From the NCBI RefSeq assembly GCF_001194135.2, contig NC_068994.1:15167796-15231795 (forward strand): 64,000 nucleotides of DNA. Reading direction: 5' to 3'. A program made the position numbers and the translations under genes. Every line of letters begins with the position of its first letter. Within the stretch, counting starts at the first letter, position 1. This document shows positions 1 to 13,170 of this stretch, in pieces. The notes below the pieces were generated by a model, which saw only the letters and a program-made list of their open reading frames with translations, did no database searches and was not told the origin of the DNA. The stretch comes from Octopus bimaculoides. Lineage: Eukaryota.

Positions 1-1410
1 CCCTCCTTTCCAAACCATTTCCTCAGCTCATTTGCATTTGATTTTTCTTGGAAATTGGCATTGAATATTCTTGGTTCATACTTTTCCAGCTTCTATAATT
101 CATAAGTGTATATTGTCCTGCTTTTCACTGTTTATATAGCATTATATCTACCTTTTGTTTTATTCCCACTTCATAAAATCTGCTCTTTGTATATATCTTT
201 TCTTAACAGAGAATGTGCTATTGTTTGTTTTTTGTATACAAAGAGCAAGTTGTACATCTTTGTATTATATTAATAATAGTGATAATGCTGTAAAGTTAAG
301 AAATTAGTAATTACTAAACAAAATTGATTAAATTCAATTGAATTTAATCTTAGAAAACAGTTTTAGCAGATATATCTTAAAACGGCTTGACATGCTTAAT
401 AATGTCATGAAAAATAATTTACTTAGTTACCTTGTCTGTTTTATGTTTTAATCTGTTTATTAAAAGCAACAGCATATCTAGTAAATAGCTAGTCATATAA
501 AAAGACAGTTAAGTTTGAATTGTTTTAAAAATAATAGAAATTGTGCAAAGTATGGGCAAGCAAAGGACTAGTCTGAGATTGTCTTAGTTAAAACTTAATT
601 CTTTTCATAGAATTTATTAAAGTAATTTGGCATTTTGTCAGAAAGAACTTGAGCAGATCTTTAGTTAATTTTAGTAATTGATGGTTCTAGATCTTTCAGT
701 ATTCCTGACACTATAGGACAATGATGAATAAACACACTTGCATACACTTGTTTCCAATATCTGGAGAAGTACTTTGAATTCTTTGTGGAAAGTGTAATCT
801 TTTTTGACTTGGCTGCTCCATAAAGTTGCTAATGTTACTAGCAGAAATTCTCATGTACTTGTGTTTTGTTAGGCACTTTTTTTTGGTATGACTTTCATGA
901 AGCTGTTTTCAGATTTATTTTCTAAATTTATATCCTAACTTTCCTTGTTTTAACTTCAATGCAAAGAAAAACATCAGCCCATAGCTATTTTGTGAAATAT
1001 GAGAGCTAACAATTGTTGGATGTAAACTTGAAGCAACACATATGGAAGTCTTGTGCAGAGATGGGGTATATGATATCTAGATAGGTAGTACAGTTCATAG
1101 ACTACAACCACAAATTTGACTCTAGTATTTATTTCTGAACCTCAGTTGGTTTTTATAGTAAACGTATAAATATTATTGTGGAACAGCCAACAGGAAAGTT
1201 TTTCAGCTATAACACTGAGACTAAATGGCAGCTAGGTAAGAATAATTTCTTACCTTCACTCCCATTTTGTTTATTTATTCAGCAAATTGAAGACATTCTA
1301 GCCAGGTGATTTTATAAAAGATAGTAACCGGAGAATTACCATTGGTGATTTTTGAAGCTAAATCAAAACATAACAAATCAAGGCCTATATAGTAAAAAAA
1401 AACAAAAAAA

Positions 1411-1530
1411 CTCACTCACTCACTCACTCACTCACTCACTCACTCACTCACTCACTCACTCACTCACTCACTCACTCACTCGCTCACTCGCTCACATACA
1501 TACATACATACATACATACATACATACATA
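1411..1530. repeat. Compound microsatellite (CTCA)n then (CATA)n
   Basis: Directly visible tandem tetranucleotides. Confidence 0.98.
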
Positions 1531-1548
1531 ATCCCTTTTGCCTTTTAA

Positions 1549-1700
1549 ATCCCATTCAGTGAAAGAGAGGAGTTTAATGCATCTCTGTAATAAATTGTTC
1601 CAGAATTTTTAATTTCACCNNNNNNNNNNATCCCATTCAGTGAAAGAGAGGAGTTTAATGCATCTCTGTAATAAATTGTTCCAGAATTTTTAATTTCACC
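1549..1700. other. About 70-nt direct duplication flanking a 10-N gap (1620-1629); probable scaffolding artefact
   Basis: atcccattcagtgaaagagagg...aatttcacc occurs identically on both sides of the Ns. Confidence 0.85.
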
Positions 1701-1897
1701 AATTCTGAAATCAAATAAAGTTTGAAAATACATCTTTGTTTTTTTTAAAAATCACATTAACAAATGTATTGTTTAGTTGTTGTTCCCCCCCCCCCAATGT
1801 TTCACTGCTGCCAGAAGATAGTGTTCAGGTTTGGATAGTGATAGTGCCTTCAATTTATTGCTTCATCTCTTTTTATATGTTTAGTCATTTCAATAGT

Positions 1898-2112
1898 TGA
1901 ACCCTTTAGCTTTTAAACAAGTCATACCTGGTTCAAAATATTCAACCTGTTTTATGTTCAAACTGGCCAGATCCACCCTTTCATACCCTACATTGTCATT
2001 CTAAAAGTAACCAATGACATCATCAAAATTTCAGTGCTATGAGATTAATTCAAAACTAAGTGAATAAACAAACGTTACATTTGACAAAGTAATCTGAGTG
2101 CTAAAGAGTTAA
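1898..2112 (-). mobile_element. piggyBac-type MITE (about 220 bp; TIR CCCTTTAGCATT, TTAA target), copy 1
   Basis: Ends ttga-accctttagc and ctaaagag-ttaa; the body matches the other copies. Strand is arbitrary: + means the end reading CCCTTTAGCATTCAGA comes first. Confidence 0.85.
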
Positions 2113-3195
2113 AAGCAGTGTCTTTTTGATTGTATTGCTGGATTTAATATTTTGATCAACAATGTCATACTATATAAACTGTCAGAAAATGAAAATGACA
2201 GTAATGATACTGCTTTTGTAAATAATCACCAGAAGCCTAAATTGGGACACCACAATGTATACAATGATTTATGATTCTGTGGTATATTTTTAATATAAAA
2301 TTCAGTCATGTAAATAAATAGGTGTCTTGAAAATTGTCCTTCGTTATAACTGTTGTTATTATCTCAGTAGTATAATCACATAACAAGCACAGATTAGTAA
2401 ATGAAATAGCATTGGGGTTAATTGATTATGTAATTATCTTTTTTTTATTTAGTTATTTTTTTTCTCTAATTATCTGTTGGCAAATCTCACCAAATTCTTA
2501 ATATGATGAAATTGGTATCCAAAATAAACTTGTATCATAAAACATTTCTATTTGTAGCTTCTCATGCTTGAGTTTTTAACTCCCTTTACATATCAGATTA
2601 GATAGAAATACAGTCAGTACTGTTATGTGAAGTTGCCTGAAGATACTACATACACAAAGGCAAAGCTGAAATAGCATTTGCATTGTAAGAATCCTATACT
2701 CACACAGATCAGTTGTGGCCCATTGAGAAACCAGCTATCTCACTTTGTCTCACTTGTCCTTATAGGAAGCCATTGAAATGTGTATGTCATTTATTTTACT
2801 GAGTTGTAATTTCTGCCAAACTTCCTTATTTATTCTCTGCCTAAATACCATTTGGAGAACATTATCCATGCATATATTTGTTCTAGGTTAGAAACTAATT
2901 CAGCTTAATACAGTGGTCAGCAAACTAGATATATATATTTTTTCTTTCTCTACTATTCTCCCCTGAGACTATGCACTTATCTCCCTTCTTAGAAATATGG
3001 CAATAAGTAGTTGATGATAATATCAAAACTTGTAATTAATTTTGACTGCAAAAGAAAGGATCAAAAAAAAAAAAAAAAAGAGGAAGAAAAGGGAAAAGCT
3101 GTTAACTTTGAGTACTGATTGGCATCTTAACTTTCCAAATATCATCTGTTCAAGAAACCTTTGGGAAATTTGGGAATTGTATAAATTTATACCTC

Positions 3196-3422
3196 TAACC
3201 CTTTAACATTCAGATTACTCTGTAAAATATAATGTTTATTTATTCACAGTGTGTTTAATTAATTGTGGCTCATTTCCTAACTTGAAGATTTCAATGATGT
3301 GATTGTTTATTTTTAAAATTACATTGTAGGGTAGGTGTGAGAAGCCAAATCTAGCCAGTTTGAACATAAAACAAGTAGAATACTTGAGGTGGATATGGCC
3401 AGTTTAAATGCTATAAGGCTAA
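3196..3422 (+). mobile_element. piggyBac-type MITE, copy 2
   Basis: taaccctttaacattcagattactctg...ggatatggccagtttaaatgctataaggctaa. Confidence 0.85.
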
Positions 3423-6114
3423 ATATGAAGATGGGAAACAGGAACTGCCTTCATGAATGGATGTGATTATTTGTACAGTGCCATTCAAGCTTTTTCATTG
3501 CCAAGAGGACATGTTACTTGTCTTACTACTTGTATGAGTCACAAAAGAAGTCCAAACTTGTTTGTGTACACTAGATGCTAGTACACTTGATGTGGTAAGC
3601 CAAGGCATTTTAATTAATTAAAATTACACCTTGTAGTGATGAGACTAGCTGTAAATAAATTATTTTATGAAACAGAAAACCTCCAGTTTTCACTTAAGCT
3701 GGTCAAATTATCTGAACAATAATTTATAGTTTGTTACAGTGCTAAAATATAGTACTAAAACTGCATTTATTATCAATTCGGCACTTTGATTGGGTATCAC
3801 ATTGCAGATTCTTAAATAAGCTACCATCTATGGCAAGTTTTCAAACTTTCTATTAGTATTTTACATAAGGCATTTAAACTTGATATAATTCAAGTGTGTA
3901 CTTAGATGTTTCTTTTGACTGAAAAGGCCATGAGCTACACTCTTCTAATCTAAATTCAATTTATATTTGTAGCAACATATTAAATGCATTTAAATTTTTT
4001 TTTTTTTTGTCCAACCTGAATTTGTTTTGAAATGAAAAAAGAAAATACTATTTCAGTGTTCAATCCATGAAAATTTAGTCTTTCATACGAAACTTGTTTG
4101 GAAATATAAAGCTACAGCGGTGTGTGAATAGAAGTTAGGCATTGATTGTGCTATCAAACACATACCGAAAGTATTTGTTGCTGAAATATGGTGGTTGAAA
4201 TAGAGAGGTCTTTTGAGAAAGATAAATCTGAACCTTTTAGTGGTTTGGTTATGTCATTATAAAAATACACATTTACTATTTTGTGCAAACATTTTAGTAT
4301 AAGATCAAATATCCAGCCATTAAGTGACAACTGGTTTTCGAGAACTTGCTCATATAACCTATCATAGCATAAAGAATTTCTGTGAGAACAGTTTCTACTA
4401 CAATTTTAATTGTATGATTTAAAGAGAATTGAGAAAACATTCCAAGTTTGTTTTGGAGCATAAAATATTCTATTATAGAATGGAGTACAGAATATTCTAT
4501 TTGTAAAGTAGGGAATAGAAAACTATCAGGATTTCCTGTTTTGAATATGGAGAGACTGAAAATTTCTTTTGAATCAAGTGAATAGCATACTTGCTGTAAA
4601 TATTCTTTCTCTTCACATAATCATTGCCTTATTTTCTTTATTTTATTGCCTCTCCTATTCTAGACTTCTTGCTGAGTAACCTTTTTTTGTTCTCTCTTCC
4701 CCCTTCCTACTCTTTATTACTGTGGCTGTTACCCAAAGGATCACTTGTTTCTTCACTACTTCATACTTCATTTATCTTGGTTAGTTTATCTCAACCAGCT
4801 GGTATGATTCCAGTATGACTAACTACTATTCCTTATCTTATTTCTAATCTTCATTTCCAGTATGAACTTGCCTTTTCCTTTTCCTTGTAATTTTCAACAG
4901 TAGAAATTGTAAATCGCAAATTTTCAGTGCTCTGTAAGCCCTTCTATATCACTAAGTTTGTATTAGAGGTATAAATGAGTCAGTTTAAAAAAAACAAAAA
5001 AAAACTAAATAAATATCACAAAATAACGAATAAATACTCTTACATTTTCATTTTTATATTGAAGTGTGTATTCTAATTCTGTCGGTTACATTTTTGATAT
5101 TCTTCACTTTTAAAATCTGTTGTGTTTATGTTAAAGTCATGTTTGAAGACTTTCAGATAATGTACTTTTATTGTTTGAAAAGTCAGGATCTCCATTTATG
5201 GATGTAAAACTGATAGTAGTGTAGAAAGGAAAGGTTGTTCGCTAGCCAAATATTTCTCATAAAACAAAAGCATGTTTATGTATCATAACTCATAAATTAG
5301 TATTTTATGTACTTTTCCTCTTTGAATAAAGTAATTGTTATGGGTATTGCAATAAAGTGTTGAACAGATTAAACTTATAAAGTTATCCTCCTGTCAAGTT
5401 GTTTGACAAGTGGAAAGCTGCAAAACAATTCATGTTGATGTTTTTGTGTTTATAGCCCACTCCACTTTACTATTTCAAATATTACAATTAATGGCACTAA
5501 TGCTACAGGTAACATATTAGAAAAGGGTATTGAGTTACTATGCCAGATGTCTTTCTCACTAGCTATATGCAATTGTTTTAGTTCCCTATTTTATTCAGTC
5601 TTGTACTTTTGGTTTGTCTTACATAATCATAAATTCCTTATTTATTGTAGTTATTTTTTATTTAGTTATTTTTTTTTTTTTTTTTTTTGTTCTCTTGCTG
5701 CATCAATTTTATCCATTAAACCCTAGGGATGGAAGCAACAGCAGCCAAACGTATCTGAGATGCAGGGGGGAACTGTCCTACACACCATCATTCAATATCT
5801 GTGCATTAGTGACTTGTTGGCTTGTGTGAAACAGCTACTGTTAGAGGTAGATTAAATCTGGCTGATTGTTTAGTCAAGGCATGGACAACCTTTTTCCATG
5901 TGTGGGCCAGATTGTTTTCTCACCAAAGTCGCCTTAATTATAGACTTATAAAATATGTACACAAGTGCTTATACAAGTATTTGCTTTATAATATAAAAAG
6001 GATATTAAAATAAGGGTAAGAACAAAACAATTTATTAATATAAAACAAATGTAACTGAATCAGTAAAATTATTTATTCATTCTCATAGGGAGAAAATAGC
6101 CATGAAACATTATT

Positions 6115-7760
6115 CTAATGGGATATTTGGGGTTGATGTTTCTTCACCAACATCTCAATGTTCGAAGACATGCTAGAGGTGGCTACTCTCAAGTTAATTT
6201 TCAAGATGATTATCAGTTATTCTTGATCTTGCTTTGGATTTGGTAGATTTCATTTTTGAGAATAGCTACTCACATATGTGCTCCCAAAGAGTAACATTTT
6301 CTTTCTAGCAAAATCCACAATCAAGGGGAAATTTTCTGTAGGTAGGTTTTTTATAAAACTCTATTAGTGAATGATCTCTCATTTCCTGTTTTAGATCTTC
6401 ATTCCCTTGGAGTTCAATTAATTCCATCTGTAATTCCTTGGGAGCCTGGTTAATATTGATATCAAAAGGTGAAGAAAATATACATAGATTTGTTTCTTGT
6501 GATCTGAAATCTTGAAATCTATTATTGAATTTTTCATTGATCAATTTTACCTCATCTGCATAAAAAGTACAATTGATTTTGCCATAAATTGCCAATGTTG
6601 GGAAATGGAATGTATTACAATTTCTGAGCTGTCATTCCTGCAGTTGCATTTTGTTTTGAAATGTTTTGATATGACTGTACGACTTGATGAATGAATTGGC
6701 CTTCTCCTTGCAATTTCAAATTAAGGTCATTAAGATATGAAACAAGTCAGCAAGAAAAGCAAGACCACATATTCAGCCATCATCACTTCACTCCTCGGAT
6801 CATAAAATCATTTCAACATTTTTCCTTTGCTCAACCATTGCACCTCACAATAGTAAACCAAATCTCCATATTCTGCCTCAATATCCTAAAGAAATTCTTT
6901 AAACTGGTGGTGGTTCAAAGCTCGGGATTTTATAAAATTTATGCTCGAAACAACCTTGGACATGACATGTTCAAATTTGAGTAACTTGGCACACAAATTC
7001 TCCTGGTGAATTATGCACTGAAAGAGGATAAATCTTTTGTATCTATTCATAGAAGCCAATTTCGATCTGATTTTAGAAACTAAGCCTGCTTTATTACCAA
7101 CCATAGCAGGAGCACCATCTGTTGATAAACCATGAAGGTTTTTGAAATGTAGATTAAATCTGGCCATTAACATTTTCAATTCTTGAAAAACATCCTCCCC
7201 AGTGGTGGTGTCTTTCATTCCCCGAAGACCAAGCATTTTTTTGGTGATATTTAAATCTTCATCAATTCCACATACAAAAACCACAAGTTGGGCTATATTT
7301 GACACGTCAGTGCTCTCATCAATAGCTAAGGAAAAATATTTAAAATGCAAAGAAAGCCTTTTCAAGCCTAATTCTACATTAGTTGCAAGTTTGTCAATCC
7401 ATCTTGTTACAGTTCTACAAGACAAACTAATATTATCAATTTCTTTTTTTTTTTTTACCTGAACAAAAACTTTCAGCTACTGCTTGTAGGTATTCTTTTA
7501 CAAATTCACCATCGGAATAATTTTTCAAATGTTTTGCAATTTTCTCACAAATGATATAACTAGCACGAATAATATTTTCGGTACCTTCATGTCTCTTCAC
7601 AAAAATTGTCTGCTACTCTTTCAATTCAACAACAGGAATTTGATTATGCAACGATTTACCTGTATAATGGGATCCAGTTGTATCTTTTCAGGTGATATTC
7701 AATTGCTGTCCCCATTAGTTACAAAACCTAAGGGTGAACGAGCTCTATTTTGTACTCTAT
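6115..7760 (-). pseudogene. hAT transposase pseudogene (GTF2IRD2/SPIN-like) with frameshifts and stops
   Basis: Minus-strand motifs in order: ASYIICEKIAK..DGEFVKE, LSCRTVTR, SLAIDESTD (about 7306-7330), STDGAPAMVG, CIIHQENLCA, RFQDF..FSSPF..QMELIELQ, FGSTYV.E.LFSKMK..RSRITD.HL...LRVATS, then QISH-stop (TAG at 6115-17). Confidence 0.92.
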
Positions 7761-7782
7761 ATTTCTAATGGAATACACCTTA

Positions 7783-7902
7783 AATGTGTGTGTAGGTGTG
7801 TGCGTGTGTAGGTAGGTGTATGTGTGCGCATGTGTGTAGGTGTATGTGTGCGTGCATATGTGCGTGTGTAGGTGTATCTGTGTGGGGTGGGGTATGTGTG
7901 TG
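7783..7902. repeat. Degenerate TG-rich microsatellite inside the hAT element's 5' region
   Basis: Imperfect gtgt/gtag/gtgc repeats. Confidence 0.9.
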
Positions 7903-8419
7903 TCAAAGTTTGAAATAATTATTATTTCAAATTTCTTATTGCGTATATTTTCCTTCTGCTCATTTTATTAGTTGCACGAATTGAAGTTTTATTTCGACTG
8001 TGTGTGGTGTGTGTTCTGAGATAAAGACATGTTACTCCATTTTCATTTGTCTGGCAGAAGAATAAGTGCCACTTCTGTGTCACAACTAAATGATTAGTTG
8101 TAGGACTTGTTCCAATATTGTACCCAAACTGTTCCACTTAATGTTAACAGAAAAAGTTTCATTTCTTAGCTATTTTTCATCTGTGTTTTGGTTGTGCGTG
8201 TCTGAAAGGCTAGTGAAACTTATACCTTCATCTTCTACGCTGTTCACTTTATGTATATGGTGGGGGTGGGTATGTGTAGGTGTGTGTGTGTATGTAGGTA
8301 TGTGAATGTTTGTGTCTCTTGTCTTGACATCATGTGATACTTGTAAAATGGTTGTCAATCATACAGGCAGTGTCATTCATTTCCAATATACTGTGGAAAA
8401 CATGCCTGGCTGTGAGGAA

Positions 8420-8550
8420 ATATTACCTTGCTTGGAAAGAGGTGAGGGGTGGAGACACGAAGGACATCCTGCTGTAGAAAATCTACCTCAGTGAACTCCA
8501 TCTGACACATGCAACCATGGAAAAGTGGACATTAAAATGATGATGATGAT
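8420..8550 (+). mobile_element. 3' fragment of a SINE/LINE with an (ATG)n tail (RTE-type tail)
   Basis: gaaggacatcctgctgtagaaaatc...catggaaaagtggacattaaaatgatgatgatgat, related to the tails at 51205, 53325-53460 and 58302. Confidence 0.75.
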
Positions 8551-8646
8551 TGTCTATGTATGTATGTGCATGTGTGTGATGCACATTTATAAGCAGTATA
8601 CCATTTGAATATTAAATGCTTTTTTTTTTATTCAATTTTTTTACAG

Positions 8647-8723
8647 GTAAAATGGATGATGTATTGGATTGTTTTCGCTCTCTTCACCAGTTTCGAGACT
8701 TTCTCTGATTGCATTTTATCATG
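8647..8723 (+). CDS. REEP: Internal coding exon (77 nt) of a REEP1-4-subfamily ER-shaping protein, TB2/DP1/HVA22 domain; equivalent to exon 3 of vertebrate REEP1-4
   Basis: Acceptor ttttttacag| at 8645-46 and donor |gtaagt at 8724. Translates as [26 protein letters not shown](tg), matching the REEP motif [11 protein letters not shown]. It ends in phase 2, which the next exon completes. Confidence 0.95.
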
Positions 8724-8845
8724 GTAAGTACTGCTGACATTTGCTAAATATTTAACAATTGTAACCTTACATTTTTCTTTGTTTATTTTGTTGGTGTTTT
8801 TCTGTTTTACATCTGTAGTGAACAGTGTAAAGTAAATGACCCCCC

Positions 8846-8855
8846 NNNNNNNNNN
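8846..8855. other. Assembly gap (10 N)
   Basis: N run. Confidence 1.
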
Positions 8856-11214
8856 ACTCCTTAGTAAGCAAAGTATGTGATCCAATTTTGATTTGCAGCA
8901 TGCTTGCACATTAAAACATGTGCATGAATTATACATGCATGTACATGCATGTATATGATTTCCAATTAGATTTTTTGAAAGGAAATTTTTTATGCTAAAA
9001 TTATAGTTGCTTACAAATGAATTAATAGGTTACTGGTGCATAGCAGCAGTAATTTTGAAACTAATGCAGTAAATGTATCAGAACTTTCTGAAAAATTAAC
9101 TGTGATAGACTGTTGGCTTATCCTGTTAGAGGTTTAGCTATTATTTGCTTCATGCTGCTTAGAAAAGTCAGAGCTAAGTGCTTGGCATGTCAAATATTTA
9201 TTTATTACAAGCATAAATTTATGTCTTGCATGTATATATGTGCATGCATACATTAATGTAAGCATAATTATCCAATTTATGTATTGAAAAGTGTTATGTA
9301 TGCAGTGTCATGCATGTGTATACTCAAAAAATATAATCTGCGTGAATAAATGTCGAAATAAACAAGAAATCTGATTATTGCAATTGGGTTTCATTTTGTG
9401 TGATGGGGGGGGGGGATATTGAGAGGACGGTCTAATTTCAGAAATGGGATGGATAATTTTTCAGGGTTCTCTAGTCAAAGAGATTTAATGGTTCCATTAA
9501 CCCTATTTTAGACACTTGAAGAAGAAAGCAGAGGACACTGTAAATGAAATTGAACAAAGACATTACTCAGACTTGGGTATTAAGCAAAACTATATTGAAA
9601 ATAGCCAAAGGATATGTATGTGTATGTAAGGTGGCAGCATGTGCATATAATAGTGGAGAGAATTTCATTGTACTTACTTGGTAACATTTCTGAAAGTATC
9701 CTACTGTGAAATCTAATTTCCCTGAAATATTCTGATAACTTAGTTCCTTTGGCTTCACAAAAGGAGACCCATCATTGTTCAAAATTACAAAGAAGAAAAA
9801 AAAAAGTTTAAAATGACCATAATGCCAATTTCTATTACGTTCAGAAAAATATTTTTGATAAGTAGGTTGAAGATGAGTTACGAGGCCTTCCCCCCCCCTT
9901 CATAAATTTCAACATCTTTCCTAAGTTCCTATGCTCATAATCATTCATTGTTCAAGAGAGAATATTATATTTAACTTGTTTTGAACTTTTGCTGGTTTCA
10001 CTACCAATTTCTTTCTCTCCTTGCCAAACTGCCTACTTTAAAAAGCATTTCTTTTGTTGTCAATGCTGTTTGCACCATTTACCAGCTATGCTTTATACTA
10101 CACTTGGCTGCACTTAGCAGGGTCTGATTTTTTAGTTAGGTGCTTGACCAATAAAATTTTTTTAATGTTGTAATTTGAATGCTTTTCTGTCTATGAAAAA
10201 AAAAAAAAAGAAAATATCTTCTGCCAATTAGATAATTGATACATGAACTTTTCAAGCTTTACCTCAGTTTATTCGCACCAACCACTGTCGAAATTTTACC
10301 CATGTCAACTTTAACGGCACACCATTTTCTAACCATTTCAAACAAAGTGGAAAGTGATGTGTTAAATGGTAACTAATGCAATATAATTCCAACCTCTTCC
10401 ATTTTCAAAAGAATATTTCAAGAATTATCTGACAAGTTTTCAAAGAAAACTCTAAAGAAAGATACTGTAAAACTTATAATTTTAAAAACATGAATAAATA
10501 CATGCTCTATAAATATTTCAATATTTTTTCCCTTCCTATGTGAAATTACATTCATCTATATATACAGGCATTTATGAATACCAATAACTTGTGACTAAAC
10601 TAGTATCATCATAGTGAACACCTTTATTGGTTAATATGTTCCAGTCAATAATGTCACTTACTTTTCTGTGAAACCTTTTTATATAAATATTTTTTTAGAA
10701 TAAAATTCTTTTATTTCAAGCTCAGATTACTGACAATGAGTAAATTTTTTACTCCTATTTTTAAAATCATTTTTAACTTCTCTTCCCTCTTCTTATCATT
10801 AATGGCACTTTTTTTAATAAAATATTTTGAACAATATTTATTGGCTTATGGAGCTTAGTTAGTAGTTAAAAGAATAGAATAGGTTATATAAAATGTCACA
10901 TTAGATTTTGTACTGTCAGTTTTAAAGCTAGCTTTCTGTTTTCTTATCTGAATGCTTTTATTTCATAAAGCAATTATTCTGAAAATATTCTTTGAACATG
11001 TGTGTGTGTGTGTGTGTGTGTGTCAAATGAATGAAGAATGCTCAATACATGTAGGCTATATGGCTTATTGAAACTGAATTATCATCATCCAATTTGAGTC
11101 TCATAGCATTGCAATTCATGCAAGAACTGGAGATTGCAATGGCATGAAATTCAAGTTGCAAGATAAAAAATTTAGGTTCAATAAAAGGTGTATGTTTGTA
11201 TAAATATATACATA

Positions 11215-11431
11215 CAAGGGGGTGCTGAAAAGTTCTTCGCTTTGAGTAAAAGAAAACACAGGAGAATCAGTTGATTATGATTTTGTTCAACATGTTCTCC
11301 TCTCAGATTCACACACTTATTGCAATGGTCTTTCAGTTTTTCTAAGCCCTGTAAAATAATTCAGAAGTTTGGGCCTCGGACCAGGCCTCTTGCAATATCC
11401 TTAAAACCAGGAACTTTTCAGCACCCACTCA
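11215..11431 (+). mobile_element. Mariner/Tc1-type MITE with TA target duplication
   Basis: TA|caaggggggtgctgaaaagttc ... gaacttttcagcacccactca|TA; TIRs of about 25 bp. Confidence 0.85.
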
Positions 11432-12980
11432 TACATTTTTATGTGTGTGTGTGTAAACATTCTCAATATCAACTATTTCCATTTTAATCTACACTTTTTC
11501 TGGAATTTGATACGTGCAGTCACTATGCCCAAGTTAATAAAGTGTTGACCTTTTAAACTAAAGAGCATTTTGTATCCTGTCATTAACACTGGCCAAGGTG
11601 CTAATTTCTTCCAATCTTCATACACTTGGCAGCAGTGCAAAGTAAGAGAAGGAAAGACTGGTTAGGTCAGAAAGAAACAACATTTGCAGCATATATATAT
11701 GTGAAGTGGAATACTAGTTTCAACCTGGGATCAAAGTGAGTTGTAGATTGTGCTTGAGACATGAGCTTATACTACAGTGCTCATACCATGATGCTTATAA
11801 TGTATTAACATATAGCTATGCATCATTTTATATATATATATATATATCCCTTCGAAATTGCTCTTAACTGTGGTTTGGACTTTTTGACTGTTCCTTCTAG
11901 TATGTAAAGCGACCTGTTTGGTAGAAAATATTTCTATAATTTTTCCTACCCTATATTAATTTTTATATATATATATATATGCATGTATGAGTCCTTATAT
12001 ATTTATAGAGTTAAGAAATGGGAAGGGAAATCCTGTTTAACTCACATTTAATCTAGCTCTCTGTCTTGTATTTGATATGGTACTTCTCTTTTGTAATAAA
12101 TAAAATTTGTACCAGTAATATACTGAGTAAAGTTAAATAACTATATCCCTTGATCGTCTGAAAAGTGCTTTATGTATACTTGTAAGACTTGTGGAAAATC
12201 TTCAGATGTTTTGAGAACTATAGAATTGCTAGAAGTTCATAGAGAACAATGAAATTCATTATTTCCTTTTGAAATGTTTTTTTTTTTTGAAGCATTTGAT
12301 TCTTGTGATGATGTAGTCTTAGGAGATAAAATCTTTGGAAACTATATTCTTTGTCATAGACTTGTTACCCCTTCTACTTTGGGAGTTGTAATCTATTATT
12401 TTCATCGTTACATCAGAAATGGAAGTGCACTGAGAAAAGCTACATACAGTGTTTATGTGAAAATACAAGTTCACTTCTCTTCACCTACCCATTGTGACTA
12501 TACTATTAAATTTATTGAAAATATGTTGGAAGAGAACATATAGGGAACATATCAAACAATCTAAACTATGGACCTAAATTAAAGACATTATTTTTATTAT
12601 TATTACTCTGCTACATACAACCATGTTAGTAATGCTTTAAATTCAATTATGAGACAACTGAATTTAATCCTACATAGACATCGTCATGGCATACCAACAA
12701 ATGGGTTTTACGCAGTTTGTATGTAGTCATAGATTGGTGATTCAGGCGCATGATGTTGATAAGCCACAAAAATGACAAAATATCAGTAGCCACCACTCCT
12801 GAATGTGATTAAGGGCAAGTTATCTCACCTGTCTATGACTTTCAGGTGTTTCAACACCCACTTTCAGCTCACTTAAGTTACAGCATACTGGCAAACAAGT
12901 AAATCACACATATTGAGCATGGGTAGTCAATAATGTTTACAACACTAGCTCTGCCCCTAATTGATAATTAAACGCATGCG

Positions 12981-12981
12981 C

Positions 12982-13029
<48 letters not shown>
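12981..13029. repeat. (CA)n microsatellite
   Basis: Directly visible. Confidence 0.97.
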
Positions 13030-13031
<2 letters not shown>

Positions 13032-13170
13032 AAGTCATGATTTGATTGAGAAGTTAACTTCCCACCCACATGGTTTCAGGTTCAGTCCCACTGAACCTGA
13101 ACTTGGACTTGTGTTTTAGTCTTGGGTTTTATGAGTGAATTTGGTAGATGGAAGCTGAAATAAGTCTGAA
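13030..13170 (+). mobile_element. Old tRNA-derived SINE head fragment (family of 48167/62050)
   Basis: ccacatggtttcaggttcagtcccactg...gagtgaatttggtagatggaagctgaaa. Confidence 0.7.

Larger units (their letters stand above)
5875..8110 (-). mobile_element. Decayed autonomous hAT (Buster/Charlie/SPIN-type) transposon
   Basis: A Charlie-like terminus caaggcatggacaaccttttt...gggccaga lies at 5875, 3' of a minus-strand transposase remnant. The 5' boundary and second TIR were not identified. Confidence 0.75.

Noticed and set aside
4080-4460. Minus-strand DRLYEQV and TNT.G.CL similarity to a PLE reverse transcriptase
   Set aside because: Only two short, degenerate motifs and no MGS or YVDD. Too weak to call without a profile search.
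8819-8831. Possible 13-nt microexon (polypyrimidine tract, tgtag|TGAACAGTGTAAA|gtaaat) 95 nt after the first exon
   Set aside because: It would frameshift REEP, the donor is weak, and such motifs are common in T-rich introns. It needs RNA-seq junction evidence.
9880-10340. tacgagg and atgaacttttca as possible mariner termini
   Set aside because: No paired TIRs or TA duplications could be matched.
12274-12543. 89-aa ORF after a T-run and AG, as a candidate extra exon
   Set aside because: No recognisable protein similarity or good donor site, and it is not compatible with the conserved REEP junction.
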